DNA from: Waterburya sp.
GTDB lineage: Bacteria > Cyanobacteriota > Cyanobacteriia > Cyanobacteriales > Xenococcaceae
Length of the DNA: 64,000 nucleotides
Direction of reading: 5' to 3'
Assembly: GCA_965217895.1 (NCBI GenBank)
Contig: CBDCJV010000002.1
Span: 1,344,001 to 1,408,000, forward strand
The position numbers and the translations under genes were made by a program. Within the stretch, counting starts at the first letter, position 1; each line of letters starts with the position of its first letter. Below are positions 1-10,311 of this stretch, one piece after another. The notes under the pieces were generated by a model that saw nothing but the letters and a program-made list of their open reading frames with translations, made no database searches and had not been told where the DNA came from.

Positions 1-1422
1 ACTCTTAAAAGCGTTGTCCCTAGAGAAATTGTGCAAATCGGCAAGCATTTTCGGGCTGAATATATTCGCAATACTCATTCAATTGCCGATAGCTTTACCG
101 TTGCTATTCATACTCCCATTGGCGTAATTATTCATTCAGGAGACTTCAAATTTGACCATACTCCTGTAGATGGAGAACATTTTGACCTGCAAAAATTAGC
201 CGAACACGGTGAAAAAGGCGTATTGTGCTTGTTAAGTGACTCTACTAACGCTGAAGTACCAGGACATACCCCCTCAGAACGTTCTGTGTACCCCAATCTT
301 GATCGCATCTTTGGACAAGCCGAAGGACGCTTAATGGTCACAACCTTTTCCTCTTCAGTGCATCGAGTAAATATGATTCTCGATTTGGCACAAAAACACG
401 GTCGCAAAGTTGCAGTAGTTGGTCGTTCAATGCTCAACGTCATTGCTCATGCACGTAAGTTGGGATACATCCAATGTCGCGACGATATTTTTGAGCAGAT
501 TAGGACAGTTAATCGTTTACCAGACAACAAAGTCTTGGTTCTCTGTACTGGTTCTCAGGGAGAAACTTTAGCAGCCATGACCCGCATCTCTAGAGGCGAA
601 CATCGACAAGTTAGAGTTAGAGAAGGAGATACAATCGTCTTCTCGGCTAATCCTATTCCTGGAAACACGATTGGGGTAGTCAACACTATTGACCGCCTGA
701 TGATGCAGGGGGCGAATGTGATTTATGGTCGCGCTCAAGGGGTTCACGTTTCAGGTCACGGTGCTAGGGAAGACCATAAGTTAATGCTTAATTTAACCAG
801 ACCCAAATTCTTTGTGCCTGTTCATGGTGAACATAGAATGCTAGTAGAACATGCTGGTATGGCAAAGGCGATGGGTATTCCCGAAGAAAACATTGTAATT
901 ATCAAAAACGGTAATATTATTGAGCTTACCGAAAATAGCATTGGCATGAATGGTGAAGTCCCCTCTGGTATTGAGCTAGTAGACCGCGCGGGGATTGTCC
1001 AGGATGATGTGATGAAAGAAAGACAGCAGCTAGCTGAAGATGGGGTAATTACAGTCGCAGCAGCAATTGATCTGTCTGGTAAATTGGTGGCATCTCCCGC
1101 TTTACATCTACGGGGCGTGGTGACATCAGTAGAACAATCTTTATTGCAGCAGCTAGTAGCAAGAACCATAGAAAGGATTTTAAGCGATCGCTGGAGTGAC
1201 TTTAGCCACACAGAAAATGGCGAAACAGAGGTTGACTGGAGCGAAATACGCTTAGAAATAGAAGGTGGTCTACAGCGTTTAATTAAGCGAGAATTACGTA
1301 GTCGTCCTTTATTAGTCTTCCTATTGCAGACTCCCGAACAGCAGCCTGTTAAAACCACAAGAAGAAGAAAACGTTCAAGCTCTACAGCTACCCCTGCACC
1401 TGTTATCGCTCGTCGTTCATAG
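1..1422 (+). CDS. rnj: Ribonuclease J (5' end outside the window)
   Basis: Frame is open from base 1. Metallo-beta-lactamase/beta-CASP motifs: NTHSIAD, HSGDFKFD, DSTNAE, TGSQGE, HVSGHG, PVHGE. Confidence 0.95.
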   Translation, partial: TLKSVVPREIVQIGKHFRAEYIRNTHSIADSFTVAIHTPIGVIIHSGDFKFDHTPVDGEHFDLQKLAEHGEKGVLCLLSDSTNAEVPGHTPSERSVYPNLDRIFGQAEGRLMVTTFSSSVHRVNMILDLAQKHGRKVAVVGRSMLNVIAHARKLGYIQCRDDIFEQIRTVNRLPDNKVLVLCTGSQGETLAAMTRISRGEHRQVRVREGDTIVFSANPIPGNTIGVVNTIDRLMMQGANVIYGRAQGVHVSGHGAREDHKLMLNLTRPKFFVPVHGEHRMLVEHAGMAKAMGIPEENIVIIKNGNIIELTENSIGMNGEVPSGIELVDRAGIVQDDVMKERQQLAEDGVITVAAAIDLSGKLVASPALHLRGVVTSVEQSLLQQLVARTIERILSDRWSDFSHTENGETEVDWSEIRLEIEGGLQRLIKRELRSRPLLVFLLQTPEQQPVKTTRRRKRSSSTATPAPVIARRS

Positions 1423-1426
1423 ACAC

Positions 1427-1476
1427 TTGTATTGTATGTAGGGGCGAACAATCGTTTGCCCCTACATACAATACAA
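1427..1476. repeat. REP-like palindrome with GTAGGGGCG...GCCCCTAC core
   Basis: 23-bp arms ttgtattgtatgtaggggcgaac / gtttgcccctacatacaatacaa (one G-T pair) around a 4-nt loop, directly after the rnj stop. Confidence 0.85.
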
Positions 1477-1558
1477 CTCAAACTAAAAGAATATAAAAAA
1501 AACATTAATATACAATAGCAAGATATAGTCAATAGGCGAGAAATGGACGCTGAAGCTA

Positions 1559-2239
1559 ATGCCATTATTGATCTTAATTGCCGAAGATGATCCAGGAATA
1601 CGCCTATCTGTAAGCGATTGCTTGGAGCTATGGGGATATTCGGTTATCACAGCCGAGAATGGTGAAGAAGCTTTATCTAAATTAGATAAGTATCGTCCTC
1701 ACTTATTAATCTCTGATATTAAAATGCCTAAAAAAGATGGGTATGAGTTAGTCAAAAATATTCGTCAATTGCCTGAATATCGTCTTTTACCAGTAATACT
1801 ATTAACTGAATGTAAAGAGACAACTGAACGGATTCATGGGTATCAAGTAGGATGCGATATGTACCTACCTAAACCATTTGAAATGGCAGAATTAAGAGCA
1901 ATAATTCGTAATTTGTTAGAGCGATCGCAAATTGTTCATTCTGAGTTAAGATTTCCTCAAGGTGGCAAAACCCTCGAATCATCACCAAATTTGCCCAGCA
2001 ACGCTCAAGAAACTCAATTGAATCAGCAAAAACTACAGTCAAAGCTAGAGCTAACTTCCAGAGAAGAAGAAGTTCTTAAATTTCTGATCGATGGCTATTC
2101 AAATATTGACATTGGTTTAAAACTTCATTTATCCCACCGTACGATTGAAAAATACGTCAGTAGCTTACTACGTAAATCAGATACGAGCAACCGGATTGAA
2201 TTGATTAGACTGGCTTTAAAACACAGTTTGGTTCAGTAA
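1559..2239 (+). CDS. NarL/FixJ-family response regulator (receiver + LuxR HTH)
   Basis: Receiver motifs AEDD, LISDIKMP, YLPKPF; C-terminal LTSREEEVL...SN..IG..L.LS.RT. Confidence 0.93.
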   Translation: MPLLILIAEDDPGIRLSVSDCLELWGYSVITAENGEEALSKLDKYRPHLLISDIKMPKKDGYELVKNIRQLPEYRLLPVILLTECKETTERIHGYQVGCDMYLPKPFEMAELRAIIRNLLERSQIVHSELRFPQGGKTLESSPNLPSNAQETQLNQQKLQSKLELTSREEEVLKFLIDGYSNIDIGLKLHLSHRTIEKYVSSLLRKSDTSNRIELIRLALKHSLVQ

Positions 2240-2255
2240 CCTAAGTTCCGATTAA
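2237..2255 (-). mobile_element. IS982-type terminal inverted repeat (left-end orientation)
   Basis: The reverse complement of aacctaagttccgattaa matches the IS982-remnant end at 7239-7256 in 15 of 18 nt. Confidence 0.55.
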
Positions 2256-2267
2256 ACATTAAAAAGA

Positions 2268-3125
2268 GTGGAAGCAAATAATTCTCACCCTAATATCTCT
2301 GTTCTAGAGTCAAACTGGAATGGTATTAAAATAAAGTATTGCCATATGGCAACTACGGGAGATTTTGCTCTAGCAATGCCTCAAGATGGAGTTAGTATTG
2401 CCTTTGCACCACATGATCGTACTATTTGGTCGGTAGATGGAGGAAGCAGTCAAGCAACTCCCGTAATTCCTGGCAGCGTTTTAATCCATTCCAATCGTAA
2501 TTTTGTTTGGCATTATCGTGAAAAGGAAAGCTTATGGCTTTATATTGAGTTAGAACCGCAAGTTTTGACCCGCATAGCACAAGAAAGCGGTTTATCTAAC
2601 GATTTAGAACTGGAATATCGTGTACTGTTTGGCGATCCGACTATTTTACATTTGGCACAACTACTTAAGGCAGAAGTAGTCAAAAGCAGTGTGGCTGAAG
2701 AAATTTACATTGAGTCAATTAGAAATCTGTTAGGGGTTCATCTTATTCGTAACTATAGCAGTATTAGGCGATCGCAAACCAAACAGCTAGCGAAAACAGC
2801 TAGTCTATCTATCTTACAAGTTAAGCAGCTTCAAGACTTTATTGAAGATAACTTAGACCAAAAAATAAGTATTGTTCAATTAGCTAGCCTAGTTCATCTC
2901 AGTCAGTTCCATTTTGCTCGTGCTTTTAAAGAGGCTGTAGGGACAACTCCTCATCGCTATCTAGTTCAACGTCGTATTGATCGCGCCAAGATTTTGCTAA
3001 CCGTTACTCGGCTTTCGATACAGGAAATAGCGATAAGAGTAGGATACGTTAATCTTAGTCATTTTACGGCACAGTTTCGTAAGTATGTAGGGGCGACTCC
3101 AGCAGCATATCGTCAGAGTTTTTAA
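2268..3125 (+). CDS. AraC-family transcriptional regulator
   Basis: C-terminal double HTH: LSQFHFARAFK...TPHRY...IAIRVGY.NLSHF...FRK..G.TP..YR. Confidence 0.95.
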   Translation: MEANNSHPNISVLESNWNGIKIKYCHMATTGDFALAMPQDGVSIAFAPHDRTIWSVDGGSSQATPVIPGSVLIHSNRNFVWHYREKESLWLYIELEPQVLTRIAQESGLSNDLELEYRVLFGDPTILHLAQLLKAEVVKSSVAEEIYIESIRNLLGVHLIRNYSSIRRSQTKQLAKTASLSILQVKQLQDFIEDNLDQKISIVQLASLVHLSQFHFARAFKEAVGTTPHRYLVQRRIDRAKILLTVTRLSIQEIAIRVGYVNLSHFTAQFRKYVGATPAAYRQSF

Positions 3126-3132
3126 AGCCATG

Positions 3133-3165
3133 AGCAAGATTAGAATATAAATCAGCAAGAATAGA
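3133..3165 (+). promoter_or_regulatory. Putative AraC-type operator (direct repeat, 21-bp period)
   Basis: agcaagattaga (3133) and agcaagaataga (3154) lie between the AraC gene and the next gene; 21-bp direct-repeat spacing is typical of AraC-family sites. Confidence 0.6.
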
Positions 3166-3263
3166 GTATTGCTTTAGCGGTCATTTTATCTAAGCTAAGA
3201 ATAGTAGGGCTAATTTTCACGTTATTAGGCGATCGCTTGTCATTTTATTAGAAAGCAAAAATA

Positions 3264-3812
3264 ATGTTAAACCTAGCAAGTATTTTAACCAGTAGTGTAT
3301 TTATTCTTAGTTCAACTATGATTGGCAACCCTAAAGCTTTAAACGATAACCAGTTGCGCGATCGCTCTTCTATTACCGACGTGGTTAACAGTGTGGGAAC
3401 TCTTGCCGATCTCGGACGGTATTCGCAACTAGAACAGTTGTTCACTGAAGAAGTGACCGTTGACTACACCTCTTTATTTCCAGGAGAAGTCCAGAATATT
3501 CCTCGCGAGCAGTTAATGACTCAATGGCAATCTGTTTTGCCTGGGTTTGATGCTACACAACACATGATTACCAATCATCAAATTACGATAAATGGCAATG
3601 AGGCAAAAGCGATCGCCTATGTCCGCGCCACCCATAAACTTGACAATAGGATGTGGGTAGTAGGTGGTTACTACGTTGATGAATTAGCAAAGATTGATGG
3701 AGTTTGGAAACTAAAGTCAATTCAATATAACGCTTTATATGAATCAGGCGATCGCTCCTTGATCGAAAAAGCTGCTGCCAAAGTAGCGAGTCAAACTAAT
3801 ACAGATAACTAA
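3264..3812 (+). CDS. SnoaL-like (NTF2-fold) protein with N-terminal signal/hydrophobic segment
   Basis: DR..I.D.....AD, LFTEEV.VDY, TQHMITNH, GGYY.DEL...DG.WK pattern of SnoaL_4/scytalone-dehydratase-like proteins. Confidence 0.85.
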   Translation: MLNLASILTSSVFILSSTMIGNPKALNDNQLRDRSSITDVVNSVGTLADLGRYSQLEQLFTEEVTVDYTSLFPGEVQNIPREQLMTQWQSVLPGFDATQHMITNHQITINGNEAKAIAYVRATHKLDNRMWVVGGYYVDELAKIDGVWKLKSIQYNALYESGDRSLIEKAAAKVASQTNTDN

Positions 3813-3813
3813 T

Positions 3814-3930
3814 ATGAAACAAGTCTTATCCCGTCGTAACCTCACCTTGAGTGGAATTGGCAGTATAGCTACTTTAGCTCTTTTAAGTAAATCAAATAAA
3901 ACTGAAGCTGCCCTGGGCTTTACTATATGA
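3814..3930 (+). pseudogene. 38-codon ORF consisting almost entirely of a Tat signal peptide (probable truncated gene)
   Basis: MKQVLSRRNLTLSGIGSIATLALLSKSNKTEAALGFTI*: SRRxL twin-arginine, h-region and TEA cleavage-like site; starts 1 nt after the SnoaL stop. Confidence 0.6.
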
Positions 3931-4066
3931 AGTTGCCGATAGACGCATCAAGAGTGCCGTTAACTTCCCTGGAGATCAGCACGCAGCCAATGCCTTTTTC
4001 TGGAGGGTATATAACCTCAAGCCTTTGCCAGATAGGTTGACTACATCATAGCAATCTCAAAAATCT

Positions 4067-5041
4067 ATGAAACATTCCGATATTTTGCAGACCTTTGGCA
4101 TAACTCTTAATAAAGAACAGGGTTTAGAAAGCCTTTATGCCTATGCTCCTGTATATCGCTTTAATTACGCGGATAAAGATTATGTGCTTAAACGTACTGG
4201 AGTAAGAAGTGACAAGAATGCGATCGCTACTTGGACGAATTATCTTGTATCTCAAGGAATTAAAAGCGTTGCTCCCGTCAAAGATTTTGGTCAGAATCCC
4301 AGATGTTTTTTTAGCGGGGGAAATAATAACAACACAGAAGAAAACTGGGTTATCTATCCTTTTATTCAAGGAATTCCCTATACGGGCAATACTGCCCAAA
4401 TTAGTTTTGCTGGCAAACTACTAGGTCAAATTCATGCTACGGGAATGAAAAAAGACTTTAATCTAAAAATGAGCAAGACTGTAGTTGCTATAAAAGACAA
4501 GAAAATTGAGTTGGAAATAAGTGAAGTTTGCCAAAAAATTGAGCAATATGTTCCAGAAAAACTGGAAATCATTCACAAGATTTTAACCTCTTATATTCAA
4601 AGTTACTTAGAAGATGCACTCCCCAAACTATTAGCAATCGATTTACCTTTGACTAACGCTGGCTGGGACTATAAAGCAGCCAATCTGATTTATAAAACCG
4701 ATGACTGTCCAGTATTAGTCGATCCAGATCATGGAGGACGCATTCCTCGAATGTATGATTTAGCAACTGCTCTATTGTTGTTTCATTGCGATCTTCCACC
4801 TGCTCCCAAACGGATGTTTACAATTGGCGAATGGACTGTGTTTCTAAAAGGATATCAACAACATATTCAACCAACAACTGAGGAAAAAAAGACTTGGAAC
4901 GATTTGCTATTGTGTACTTGGATAGATCAGGCTTTGTGGTTGCTTAGTCATTTTCCTGAAGGTTGGGCAGATACAAACGAGTCTATTTATTTATTGGATC
5001 TGCTGACTGTCAATCTTTCTGACTTTTCTCTGTCATCTTAG
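4067..5041 (+). CDS. APH/homoserine-kinase-II-like phosphotransferase
   Basis: YVLKR, YPFIQG, AGKLLGQIH, WDYKAANL (catalytic loop), VDPD, PRMYDLA. Confidence 0.8.
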   Translation: MKHSDILQTFGITLNKEQGLESLYAYAPVYRFNYADKDYVLKRTGVRSDKNAIATWTNYLVSQGIKSVAPVKDFGQNPRCFFSGGNNNNTEENWVIYPFIQGIPYTGNTAQISFAGKLLGQIHATGMKKDFNLKMSKTVVAIKDKKIELEISEVCQKIEQYVPEKLEIIHKILTSYIQSYLEDALPKLLAIDLPLTNAGWDYKAANLIYKTDDCPVLVDPDHGGRIPRMYDLATALLLFHCDLPPAPKRMFTIGEWTVFLKGYQQHIQPTTEEKKTWNDLLLCTWIDQALWLLSHFPEGWADTNESIYLLDLLTVNLSDFSLSS

Positions 5042-5094
5042 ATAGAAAAAATTAATTTCAACTCGAACATTTTAATTATTAGGAAAAAATAATC

Positions 5095-6150
5095 ATGCAA
5101 TATAAACTACTTGGCAAAAGTGGACTTAGAGTATCGCAACTCTGTTTAGGAACAATGACCTTTGGTGAAGACTGGGGTTGGGGTTCGTCCAAAGAAGAAA
5201 GTCAAAAGATCTATCAGACTTTTCGTGAAGCTGGTGGTAACTTTATCGATACTGCCAATATTTATACCAACGGTACGAGTGAAAAGTTTTTGGGTGAATT
5301 TATTAGTTTAGAAAGAGATGCTATAGTTTTAGCGACTAAATATACCAATGGCGCAGGTGATGGAAATCCCAACGGCAGTGGCAACCAGCGCAAAAGTATG
5401 GTGCAGTCGGTAGAAGGCAGTCTTAAAAGATTAAATACTGATTATATCGATGTTCTATGGCTGCATGTCTGGGACTTTATGACCCCAGCAGAAGAAGTTA
5501 TGCGAGCCTTTGACGATCTGGTTCGAGCAGGAAAAGTGCTTTATATTGGTATTTCCGATGCTCCTGCTTGGGTGGTATCTCAATGCAATACTTTAGCCCA
5601 ATTGCAAGGCTGGACACAGTTTATCGGTTTACAGATTGAATATAGCTTAATTCAACGCACTCCAGAACGAGATTTATTACCAATGGCTCATACATTGGAT
5701 ATCGGCGTAACAGCTTGGTCGCCTTTGGCTAGTGGTTGGTTAACTGGAAAATACAGTAACGGTAATCAATCTGGGGAAGAGAGACGTTTGGATAACGAAA
5801 TGATGGAGGGATTTATTGATAAGAGCGATCGCAATACTACCATTGCCCAAGAAGTAGACAAAATTGCTCAACAAACTGGCAACAGTTCTTCACAAGTGGC
5901 ACTAAGTTGGTTATTAAGTAAAGGCGTGATTCCCATTGTCGGCGCGAGAAAAGTATCTCATGTAGAAGATAATCTCAAGTGTGTTGATGTTACATTATCG
6001 GCTGAACAAATAAAACAGCTTGATGACATAAGCCAGATCGAACTTGGTTTTCCTCATGACTTCTTTAAAGCTGATATGACCAAAAACTTTGTTTACAACG
6101 GCACGTTAGACAAAATTGACAATCATCGTTATTCGCAATTGGACAACTAA
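5095..6150 (+). CDS. Aldo/keto reductase (aryl-alcohol dehydrogenase-like)
   Basis: GLRVSQLCLGTMTFG, FIDTANIY, LATKY, SLKRLNTDYID, WSPLASG.LTGKY. Confidence 0.95.
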   Translation: MQYKLLGKSGLRVSQLCLGTMTFGEDWGWGSSKEESQKIYQTFREAGGNFIDTANIYTNGTSEKFLGEFISLERDAIVLATKYTNGAGDGNPNGSGNQRKSMVQSVEGSLKRLNTDYIDVLWLHVWDFMTPAEEVMRAFDDLVRAGKVLYIGISDAPAWVVSQCNTLAQLQGWTQFIGLQIEYSLIQRTPERDLLPMAHTLDIGVTAWSPLASGWLTGKYSNGNQSGEERRLDNEMMEGFIDKSDRNTTIAQEVDKIAQQTGNSSSQVALSWLLSKGVIPIVGARKVSHVEDNLKCVDVTLSAEQIKQLDDISQIELGFPHDFFKADMTKNFVYNGTLDKIDNHRYSQLDN

Positions 6151-6348
6151 GCAATTGTGCAAAACGACTTTGAGTAGTGCGTTCAAACTAAACAAATTAA
6201 TCTGGATGCGCTATTTTCTAGCCTTAAAAGCTGTTATTTTTAGCTTACTAAACCTCATCTACAATGAACAAACCGATACAATTTGCTAATTTTGGTGATC
6301 TCTAACCGATAAAATGATTTAGTATTTGAAATTCTTATTGGTACTCAG

Positions 6349-7029
6349 TTGTTCAAACATTTAGACGCAAAACCACGACTACTTATCTCAGTAACAGGTT
6401 CAATACTAATCTACCTGTTAACTCCAAAGTGGTTACAATTGTCAACTCGGATTCTTATTGGTTGGAATTTTGGAGTGGTCAGCTTTTTAGTTTTAGTTTG
6501 GCTGATGATGAGTCGTGCTACATCACAAAGAATGCGTTCCCAGGCACAACGTCAAGATCAGAGTCGCTGGATAATTCTCATCATGGTTGTTGTCGCTTCT
6601 TGTGCCAGTCTTCTGGCAATAATATTTATGCTCAATGGAAGTAAACATCTTTCTGAGTCAATATTAACTCTTTATATCATTTTTTCTTTACTTACAATTG
6701 TCGCTTCTTGGTTATTAATTCATACTATGTTTGCTCTGCATTACGCCCATTTATACTATCAAATTCAGGGCAGACAAACGAACTACTTAGCAACGGAAAA
6801 TCAAAATTCAGAGCAAGCTACTCCCTTAGAATTTCCTCAAGAAAAAGCCCCTAATTATGCCGATTTTCTTTATTTCTCTTTAGGGATTGGCATGACTTCT
6901 CAAGTTGCTGACGTGCAAATAATATCTCGCATACTTAGACGCTTGGCATTAGTACATGAGGTGCTGTCTTTTTTCTTCAATACGCTTATTGTAGCTTTGG
7001 GAATTAATATCCTAGCTAGTCTAATCTAA
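6349..7029 (+). CDS. DUF1345 family membrane protein
   Basis: SWLLIHTMFALHYAHLYY, P.Y.DFLYFS..IGMT.QV.D, LSFFFNT. Confidence 0.85.
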   Translation: MFKHLDAKPRLLISVTGSILIYLLTPKWLQLSTRILIGWNFGVVSFLVLVWLMMSRATSQRMRSQAQRQDQSRWIILIMVVVASCASLLAIIFMLNGSKHLSESILTLYIIFSLLTIVASWLLIHTMFALHYAHLYYQIQGRQTNYLATENQNSEQATPLEFPQEKAPNYADFLYFSLGIGMTSQVADVQIISRILRRLALVHEVLSFFFNTLIVALGINILASLI

Positions 7030-7256
7030 ATGAACAAAAAAACTATATCGGTACTGTTAGGTAAACGCTCTATTATCGAAACGGTCATTGACCAACTCAA
7101 AAATATTTCTCAGAGCGAACATTTGCGCTATTGATCGCCTCTCAATCTCAGAGTCAATATTTTGCGTGGCTTGATTGCATATTGTTATCAACCCAAGAAA
7201 CCTTCTCTCGATCTGGAAAAAGATTTAGCTCAATATGCTTAAACCGAACTCAGGTT
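7030..7256 (+). mobile_element. IS982-family transposase 3' remnant with right terminal repeat
   Basis: Translates [53 protein letters not shown] (IS982 C-terminus, with an internal TGA), followed by ttaaaccgaactcaggtt. Confidence 0.85.
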
Positions 7257-7470
7257 GCTATATGCGAATCGCTATCTTTTAGGACTTGTTATCTGCTACT
7301 TGCTCGAACATTATATGCGGACAAGTCCTTTATCTTAAAAACTCCTGCTTTCAAACTAGATGCGGTTTATCTGTCCTTTTTGCGATCTCTAACTCAGGTT
7401 TTAATAACCTATCTGCTTTTAATTTAGCTAACCCAAAATAAATTTTTTGTTTTGGGAGGCTTTTTTCATG

Positions 7471-9240
7471 TCAAGTTGGAGAAGAAGTTAATGCACCTGA
7501 ATATACTATGCCCCGTTTAGCATCAACTGTTAAAATCGCCCCTTCGCGGATAACTTCCGTGGCATTTTTAAAACCAACAATTACGGGTATACCCAAACGC
7601 AAGCCAATTACAGCAGCATGACTAGTTAAGTCATCCTCTTCTGTGATAATTCCTGATGCTTGACGAATAATATCTACAAATTGAGCATTAGTTGCAGGCG
7701 CAACCAAGATTTCCCCAGGATTAAAATCATGAATATCTCTGGCAGTATGAGCTACTCTAGCTCTACCGCTAATAGCTCCCTGTCCAATGCCTGAACCTTT
7801 CCCCAAAATAGCCTTAACTAGCTCTACCTTAATCAAATCCGTTGAACCAGCTACACCCTGGAGAGTTCCCGCCGTCATCACTACTAAATCTCCAGCAAAT
7901 AGCCAGCTTTTTTCTTGAGCCACATTAATTGCTGCTTCAAAAGTTTGAGTTGCCGAAGCCAAATCTAAAACCAACAAAGGTTTTACTCCCCAAACAAGCT
8001 GTAACCTACGGGCAACATAAACATGAGGAGTTATCGCCAAAATAGGCGTTTTTGGTCTAAATTTAGAGACATTGCGAGCAGTTGCACCTGTTTTTGTTAG
8101 GGTCATAATTGCTGATGCATCTAGTTGAGACGCAATTTGACCTACCGCAGCAGATATAGCATGGGTAATTGAACGTTTAGTTCGTTTCAGTTTGAGATTA
8201 TTTGTTGGCTGTTCTTGTTCAATACGACAGGCAATAGTTGCCATTGTCTCTACAGCCTGGACTGGATAGTTACCAACTGCCGTTTCATTTGAAAGCATTA
8301 CTGCATCCGTACCGTCTAAGATAGCGTTAGCCACATCTGATACTTCGGCACGGGTTGGTCGCGGGCTATTAACCATGCTGTCGAGCATCTGGGTAGCAGT
8401 AATAATTGGTATACCCAATCGATTGGCTGTAATAATTAAGCGTTTTTGCAGAATTGGCACATCTTCTGCGGGTAGTTCTACACCCAAGTCTCCTCTTGCT
8501 ACCATTACACCATCACAAAGAGAAAGAATAGCATCCATTTGCTCGATCGCTTCATGTTTTTCGATTTTAGCAATCACAGGAATAGACTTACCTGAACTAG
8601 ATATTAAATCCTTGATTTCTAAAATATCTTGAGGATTACGCACAAAACTAAGAGCAATCCAGTCAACTCCTTGATCTAAGCCAAACATCAAGTCTTCACG
8701 ATCTTTTTGAGTTAAGGCTTTAACTGAAAGAAATACACCAGGAAAGTTCACTCCTTTGTTACTAGAAAGATCTCCCCCGACAATCACTCGACAGTGTAAA
8801 TCTTGATTAGCTATATCAATTTTTTCTACCTTCATTTCTACCTTGCCATCGTCCAGCAAGATTGTGGCATTTTCAGGAACTTCTTGAGCTAACTTGTTAT
8901 AGCTGACGTAGCCTATTTCTTGGCTACATTCAACTTGGCGACTAGTCAAAATATATGGATCGCCATTTTTGAGGTTAATCTTGCCACTAGCAAACTTACC
9001 TAAACGAATTTTTGGTCCCTGTAAATCTTGCAAAATGCCGACTGGCTGATCTAGTTCAAAAGCTGTTTGTCGAATTAAACGTATTGCCTTTTGATGGTCT
9101 TGTTGTGTACCATGGGAAAAATTAATTCTTAGAGTTGTTGCTCCTGCTTTGATTAGCTGGCGAAGAACATCAGGCTGTAGCGTTGCGGGACCTACCGTGG
9201 CGACAATTTTCGTCCGACGTGGGTTGTTTGGCAATGGCAT
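7471..9240 (-). CDS. pyk: Pyruvate kinase with C-terminal PEP-utilising mobile domain
   Basis: RRTKIVATVGPA, DLQGPKIR, IAKIEK, MVARGDLGVE, TATQMLDSM; SHAA motif in the C-terminal domain. Confidence 0.97.
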   Translation of the reverse strand: MPLPNNPRRTKIVATVGPATLQPDVLRQLIKAGATTLRINFSHGTQQDHQKAIRLIRQTAFELDQPVGILQDLQGPKIRLGKFASGKINLKNGDPYILTSRQVECSQEIGYVSYNKLAQEVPENATILLDDGKVEMKVEKIDIANQDLHCRVIVGGDLSSNKGVNFPGVFLSVKALTQKDREDLMFGLDQGVDWIALSFVRNPQDILEIKDLISSSGKSIPVIAKIEKHEAIEQMDAILSLCDGVMVARGDLGVELPAEDVPILQKRLIITANRLGIPIITATQMLDSMVNSPRPTRAEVSDVANAILDGTDAVMLSNETAVGNYPVQAVETMATIACRIEQEQPTNNLKLKRTKRSITHAISAAVGQIASQLDASAIMTLTKTGATARNVSKFRPKTPILAITPHVYVARRLQLVWGVKPLLVLDLASATQTFEAAINVAQEKSWLFAGDLVVMTAGTLQGVAGSTDLIKVELVKAILGKGSGIGQGAISGRARVAHTARDIHDFNPGEILVAPATNAQFVDIIRQASGIITEEDDLTSHAAVIGLRLGIPVIVGFKNATEVIREGAILTVDAKRGIVYSGALTSSPT

Positions 9241-9672
9241 TACTTTACTTTATCTAGATTTACTAAACATACAGGGTGGATGCTTGCTCGACGACTTAAA
9301 ATAGAGCAAATTATGAAATTTGTGTCGCCTGCCTAGTTTACAACACTACAATTACGCCATGTAGATTTTTTGGAGAAGCGTTGACATTTAATTTGCTCTA
9401 TTAATCAATCTTTTAATACTAGTAGCTATCGATGCAATGCACAAAATCCTATTAAAGCTTTCACTGCATCACATTTTAAAGTCGAGCAATCTCTGGCTTT
9501 CTTTATATAAAGTTAAAGTACAAATTTAGTAGCTTTTGCCAATTAATAAATAATAGTTTTTGATTGCTATCTATTAAATTTTGCCATATTCTCGATCATT
9601 AATTACACCATGAAAAGTAGTTTTGGTAAATTATATATCTAGATTTGGTAAATTTTAAAATTTGTATGTTTT

Positions 9673-10311
9673 ATGGAACTTGATTTCCTCCGAGAAAATT
9701 GGCAAAGATTATTGTGGCAATTAGACTCTCAAACAGATGATAATAGACTGTTTTTTGAAAAGTTGATTCTAGAATATAGTAGTTTTGAGCGACATTATCA
9801 TGATTTAACTCATGTTCAACAGCTCTTAAAAACACTAGAAGAAGTAAAACAAAGTACTGATAATTATACGGCAATTTTATTGGCAGTCTGGTTTCACGAT
9901 TATGTTTATAATCCTCAACTTAAAGATAATGAGATTGAGAGCGCGCAGTTTGCAGTTAAATTTTTGGGGCAGTTAAATGCTGCTGAAAACCTTGTTGGGT
10001 TGGTAGAAAAGTTTATTCTCAGTACTCAACAACATCAACCGCTTATTGATGACTGGGACTGTATGACTTTTCTTGATGCTGATTTATCTATTCTAGGCGC
10101 GTCAACTGAAAAATACTGGCAGTATGCTTTTGATATTCGTCGAGAATACAAACACTTAGGCGATCGCGATTATTATCGGGGTAGAGCTAAGGTTTTGAAA
10201 AACTTTTTATCCAGAAGTAGGATTTACTATACCGATTATTTTCATCACAAGTTAGAAAAACAGGCTAGAGCTAATATGAAAATGGAAATTAAATCATACT
10301 TATTAGTGTAA
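9673..10311 (+). CDS. HD-superfamily metal-dependent phosphohydrolase
   Basis: RHYHDLTH, WFHDYVY, DNE..SA, FLDADLSILG, IRREY. Confidence 0.88.
   Translation: MELDFLRENWQRLLWQLDSQTDDNRLFFEKLILEYSSFERHYHDLTHVQQLLKTLEEVKQSTDNYTAILLAVWFHDYVYNPQLKDNEIESAQFAVKFLGQLNAAENLVGLVEKFILSTQQHQPLIDDWDCMTFLDADLSILGASTEKYWQYAFDIRREYKHLGDRDYYRGRAKVLKNFLSRSRIYYTDYFHHKLEKQARANMKMEIKSYLLV

Noticed and set aside
822..1565. 247-aa antisense ORF and other antisense/overlapping ORFs in the track
   Set aside because: Shadows of well-supported genes on the opposite strand or in another frame.
7131..7427. 98-aa ORF after DUF1345
   Set aside because: Off-frame reading of the IS982 remnant and its flank.
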